Source: Octopus bimaculoides (lineage: Eukaryota). From it: 40,585 bases of DNA. Shown piece after piece: positions 35,006 through 40,585 of this stretch; the first letter of the stretch is position 1, and each line of letters begins with the position of its first letter. The stretch lies in assembly GCF_001194135.2 (NCBI RefSeq), contig NC_069002.1, positions 21,678,352 through 21,718,936 of the forward strand. The letters run 5' to 3'. Position numbers and translations under genes: made by a program. The notes under the pieces are model-generated. The model saw only the letters and a list, made by a program, of their open reading frames with translations. It ran no database searches and was not told where the DNA came from.

Positions 35006-35194
35006 CGTATATGTGCGGTGATAAAACCCACATATGATGGTGTTGGATGTAAGATGGATGCCCAAGATAAATTTTTGTTTCACCTTTTGTCAACTATAGA
35101 ATATTTTCGAATTGGCATTTTAGATTCCAGGGAGTAATTTTTAAGGTATTTTAATGGTATTTTGCTGAAATATTCTGCAGTGTTTATTTTGCAG

Positions 35195-35252
35195 GTGAAA
35201 AAGCTTTACTTGATATGGAGAAAAATATTGTTTGCTTTAGCTGCTGAAAGAG
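35195..35252 (+). CDS. weak candidate exon (VKKLYLIWRKILFALAAER+G), phase 0 to 1
   Basis: Acceptor TTTATTTTGCAG, donor AG|GTAAAT. Confidence 0.25.
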
Positions 35253-36786
35253 GTAAATTGTACGGAGGATGCGATGCTTCTAATTTTAAGATTGTTTTGT
35301 GTTCGTTTATTTCTGGGAATCCACCTCGGTGTCGGACAGCTTTGTAATAATTAGAAGATTTTGAGAAGATTTAAAGATTTAATAATTTTAGTGAGATATA
35401 ATCTTAGCTATTTTATTCTCGGGCTGATTGAAATGTGTGTGGATTTGTTGTAAAACCTCTCAGGATTAACGCTAACGGTAATACAACAAATTACTGAGAC
35501 ACAGCGTGACATCTAATTAGTTAATATCAGTGAATTTAATCTCTCTTATAACGAATCCAGTTTCTATGAAATAAGAAACAGGCCTTTTCGAAATTTACTT
35601 GTTTGATGACGGTTGAAGACGCATACGAAAACAAAGTACCGTTTCCATTTATGCGAAACTATACTTGTGAGAATTTTTATTTAAATTTCAACAGTTCGAA
35701 TGATCAGACTATGTCACTGACTTCAGCAGAATAATTTGCTCCCATCTATTTAAATTTTTCAAAAACAATGTGTTAATTCAATGAAAAATAGATAAATTTA
35801 GCTTACATACACACACAAACACAAACATACACATCAATATATACACATACACAAACGTATGTCAGTGTATGTGAACGTTTGCCTATGAGGTGTATGTATG
35901 TATGTGTGTATGTATGTATGTGTGTATGTATGTATGTATGTATGTATGTGTGTGGGTATGTGTGTATGCTTGTATGTATGTTTTTATGCATGTATGTGTG
36001 TATGTATGTGTGTATGTATGTGTGTATGTATTATGTAAGTATCAAATGTAGGCGCTCACATAGCTGATTGGTAAAAATGTTCATTTCGTAATTGTGACAT
36101 TTTAGTTTTGATCCAACTGTGCATAGTAGACTTTTGAGCAACTGCTTTCTACCACGTGACATCGAATTGACAAACCCAAAAGACAGACGAGAACTACGTA
36201 GAATCCTATTTGATGGATTATATCTGTAATTGAAACGGCCTACCTTGTCACAGAATCTGAAAAATTATATTAAGGCTAAACGTGTCTGTGGAATAGTTAG
36301 ATTTTCACTGATGAAGCAGTTCAAAAGTGATTGAAGAATTGGAATTCGCATAATCAAAACTGACAGAAAACTGCTTATCCATTATTAGCTGATATGTGTA
36401 TGCTGTGTGTGTCTGTGTATGTATGCCTCTGTGTGTGTGTGCGTGTGTGTGTGTGTGTGTGCGTGTGTGTGTGTGTGCGTGTATGTGTGTGTGTGTCTGT
36501 GTGCCTGTGTTATCTGTGGTTATATATACGCGCATGTGTATGTGTGTGTGCCTATGTACGCGTCTGTGCCTGTGCATGTGCACATGTGTATATGTGTGTG
36601 CCTATGTGCGTGTGTGTGTGTGTGTGTGTGTGTGACGAACAAAAGCACCAACGACGAAATGGACTGCTGTTAGCTTTGTAAATGCCTTCCCTATTGATTT
36701 TGTTCCGCAACGAGTTTAGACATACTCCCGTATCATTTTGCTGCCATGAATAACGTGATCGATGCTAAAGTACAAGAACGGCAATC

Positions 36787-36842
<56 letters not shown>

Positions 36843-37889
36843 TATATATATAAACATACATACATACATTTATAAATATATGTGTGTATATATATATATG
36901 TATGTGTGTATATATATANNNNNNNNNNNNNNNNNNNNNNNNNNNNNNNNNNNNNNNNNNNNNNNNNNNNNNNNNNNNNNNNNNNNNNNNNNNNNNNNNN
37001 NNNNNNNNNNNNNNNNNNNNNNNNNNNNNNNNNNNNNNNNNNNNNNNNNNNNNNNNNNNNNNNNNNNNNNNNNNNNNNNNNNNNNNNNNNNNNNNNNNNN
37101 NNNNNNNNNNNNNNNNNNNNNNNNNNNNNNNNNNNNNNNNNNNNNNNNNNNNNNNNNNNNNNNNNNNNNNNNNNNNNNNNNNNNNNNNNNNNNNNNNNNN
37201 NNNNNNNNNNNNNNNNNNNNNNNNNNNNNNNNNNNNNNNNNNNNNNNNNNNNNNNNNNNNNNNNNNNNNNNNNNNNNNNNNNNNNNNNNNNNNNNNNNNN
37301 NNNNNNNNNNNNNNNNNNNNNNNNNNNNNNNNNNNNNNNNNNNNNNNNNNNNNNNNNNNNNNNNNNNNNNNNNNNNNNNNNNNNNNNNNNNNNNNNNNNN
37401 NNNNNNNNNNNNNNNNNNNNNNNNNNNNNNNNNNNNNNNNNNNNNNNNNNNNNNNNNNNNNNNNNNNNNNNNNNNNNNNNNNNNNNNNNNNNNNNNNNNN
37501 NNNNNNNNNNNNNNNNNNNNNNNNNNNNNNNNNNNNNNNNNNNNNNNNNNNNNNNNNNNNNNNNNNNNNNNNNNNNNNNNNNNNNNNNNNNNNNNNNNNN
37601 NNNNNNNNNNNNNNNNNNNNNNNNNNNNNNNNNNNNNNNNNNNNNNNNNNNNNNNNNNNNNNNNNNNNNNNNNNNNNNNNNNNNNNNNNNNNNNNNNNNN
37701 NNNNNNNNNNNNNNNNNNNNNNNNNNNNNNNNNNNNNNNNNNNNNNNNNNNNNNNNNNNNNNNNNNNNNNNNNNNNNNNNNNNNNNNNNNNNNNNNNNNN
37801 NNNNNNNNNNNNNNNNNNNNNNNNNNNNNNNNNNNNNNNNNNNNNNNNNNNNNNNNNNNNNNNNNNNNNNNNNNNNNNNNNNNNNNNNA

Positions 37890-38123
37890 CACATATATAT
37901 ATAAACAAATAATAAATGAGTATATGTATATATACGTACAGGTATGTGCATACCTACGTCTACCTGTATATATAGGTGCATATCTGGGTACAGAACATTG
38001 CAAACAAAACGTAGACAAGAAAATAATAATAACCAGAGTACAGAAAACACACATGCCACATAGAGAACACTTTCCTTCATCAGCTACCCCCATTTTAACA
38101 CCGGTGTTTCGAAGAGTTGGGCA
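37890..38123 (-). repeat. unclassified ~235-bp repeat, copy 2
   Basis: Reverse complement of 6534-6765. Confidence 0.9.
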
Positions 38124-38436
38124 GGACGCATCGTTAAAATGGCTCTTCCCATGGACCGCAAATTAAATTTGTATACACAAATTAAACCTGTGCCATGGAG
38201 GAATGTCGTGGCAGATAAAAAAAACAAGACAGGAAAACAAACGGAAAAGGCTATGCGGCCAGACGTGAAATATTATGTGTATATGAACGCTGTGAGGCAC
38301 GAACTAAAAAAGACGGGACGAAGTAAGTTCGCGTGTTTGCTCGGCGATAGCCAAGGAAGAAAAGGATTGGTGACCGGAAGCATGTGACCAAGGAGGTGTA
38401 AAGAAGAGAGTCGCAAATACACTCACACACACATAA

Positions 38437-39130
38437 GTAGGTGCTGGCGTGACAAAGTAGTAAAAAGTTTGTTCCCTGCTACAGGCTTCCAGTTTCAGTT
38501 ACACTGCGTGCCACCTTCGACTGTGTCTTCTAGGACAACATCGAGTGTGTATATGTATGTATATATATATATATATATATNNNNNNNNNNCATACACAAA
38601 CACACACACATATATATATATAGATAGATAGATAGATACATACATACATACATACATACATACATACATACATTCTAATATCATATTTTCTATGCTACAT
38701 GTGTTGGATGGTTTGACCGAACCTGACAAACCGGAGGGCTGTACCAGCACCGGTCGACTATTTTGGCTTACTTTGTGCAGATGGAAGCCCTATGTACAGA
38801 TGGAAGACACCAACCATTCTACAGAATTTACTGACTGCTTTTTACGTGACGCCGGCATTGGCGATAGTACGGGCGCCTTTTACGATATATATACATTTCG
38901 ATGGGTGCGTGTGTCCTTGTGTTTTTTTTGTCACTCGCCACCCCTTGGCAACCGGTGTACGTGTGTATATATATCCCCGTAATTTCGCAATTCGACAATA
39001 TGACGATAGAATAAAGTATCAGACGCTAAAATAATAATAGTACTGAGGTGGATCCGTTTTACAAAACTGCTTCAAGGCGGTACCCTAGGGTGACTCTAGT
39101 CTAATGCCTGAAGCAACTAAAAGGTAAAAG
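38437..39130 (+). mobile_element. degenerate family B-like SINE(s) expanded by microsatellites
   Basis: Head CAGTTACACTGCGTGCCACCTT; tail GCAACCGGTG...GATAGAATAAAGTA...AAGGCGGTACCCTAG...GCAACTAAAAGGTAAAAG. Confidence 0.6.
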
Positions 39131-39166
<36 letters not shown>

Positions 39167-39360
39167 TTATGCGCACGCAATGCTATCTGTTTAAGGAATT
39201 CTCTCCTCAAGAAGGTTTGAGTTTCAAACACGCTTCGTGACACACTCCTGCTATAGTATATGCTTAACCAATGCCTTGCAAGTAGAGTTTGGATGGATCG
39301 ATGGATTGATGGATCCATACATAAAGAGAGAGAGAAAGAAAGTGACAGAGAAAGACAGCG

Positions 39361-39391
<31 letters not shown>

Positions 39392-39508
39392 AAGGGAAAT
39401 ATACAACGGCACAAAAAATACACGTACGGATATACACATTGACAGAGAAAGACAGACAGACAGACAGACAAACAGATAGATAGATAGATAGATAGATANN
39501 NNNNNNNN

Positions 39509-39548
<40 letters not shown>

Positions 39549-39864
39549 CAGACAGATAAACAAACAGACAGACAGACAGACAGACATAGTGATTGATCGA
39601 TAGATTGATGGCAGTCGCCCACAACGTCGCTGCTCGTATCTAACTTACAAAACCACAAAACATTAAAAACTAGAGTTACATCACGTTTTTGTGATTACTT
39701 AATTAATGGCGAGGAGACTTCGATAATCTAAGATAATTCTGATGTAATCACGTCCAAATATGGTATCAAGTATTACCAAGCAAAACAATTGTTTCATTCA
39801 AGATCTGTGTTGGGTTTTATGTGATTTTTTCGTGTTCTGTAAATGTATGTTACACTCTTCAATA

Positions 39865-40007
<143 letters not shown>

Positions 40008-40189
40008 CACACGTACATTATGCCAATTGTGTATTATGGAAATGAACACAGTATCAATTACTGATCGGAATCAGGTGCCAAAGAAATGCTTTCAAACTCA
40101 TAGTTACTTAGCAACACAAATTCTTTGATATATTGGTAGCTCTAATTGCTTGTACAGAAAATATAGTAAAAGATTAACGGTACGCACAT

Positions 40190-40565
40190 ACAAGGTTCTG
40201 TGGTAAGACATTTGCTTCGCAATGACATGGTTCCCGGTTCAGTTCCACTGTGAGGCACCTTGAGCAACTGCCTTCTGCGATGACCTGGGGCCGATTTGGT
40301 TGACGGAACCTAAATGAAGCTCATATATATGTATGTATGTATGTATGTGTGTGTGTATGTGTGTGTGCGCGCGTGTGTGTGGTGTACTTGTCGCTCCACC
40401 ACCGGTTGACAACCGGTGCTGGGGTGTTTATGTCCTCGTAAACTAGCGGTTCGGTAAAACGAAGCGGTAGAATTAGGACGAGATCGATTTGTTTGACTAA
40501 AGTTCTTCAAAACGGAGCCCTAGCATGTCTGCTGTCTAATGAGTAAAACAAATAAAAGATTAAAG
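40190..40565 (+). mobile_element. family B SINE, degenerate
   Basis: TGTGGTAAG...GGTTCAGTTCCACTGTGAGGCACCTTGAGCAA...TTGACAACCGGTGCTGG...AAACAAATAAAAGA. Confidence 0.85.
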
Positions 40566-40585
40566 GTGATATATATATATATATA

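Overview
Eukaryotic, AT-rich, gap-containing scaffold with extreme microsatellite density and tRNA-derived SINE families that match my recollection of Octopus repeats, so most likely an octopus genome (inference, not a database result). Almost all ORF-track entries are translations of microsatellites, N gaps or SINEs. Supported content: about 20 SINE copies of at least four families and decayed LINEs (R4/Dong-like RT, two copies of a Tx1/L1-like 3' end, a CR1-like 3' end, an RTE 3' end and Penelope-like RT/GIY-YIG remnants). There is also a tentative chain of short, phase-compatible plus-strand exons of an unidentified gene. Two signals stand out. First, both Tx1/L1-like copies sit inside (GATA)n arrays at both junctions, suggesting a microsatellite-targeting retrotransposon. 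Second, there are three minimal type I hammerhead-ribozyme motifs of the Penelope-associated kind, one nearly intact. No intact transposase, rRNA, tRNA gene or CRISPR array is supported. Boundaries of decayed repeats are approximate, and all alignments were done by eye.
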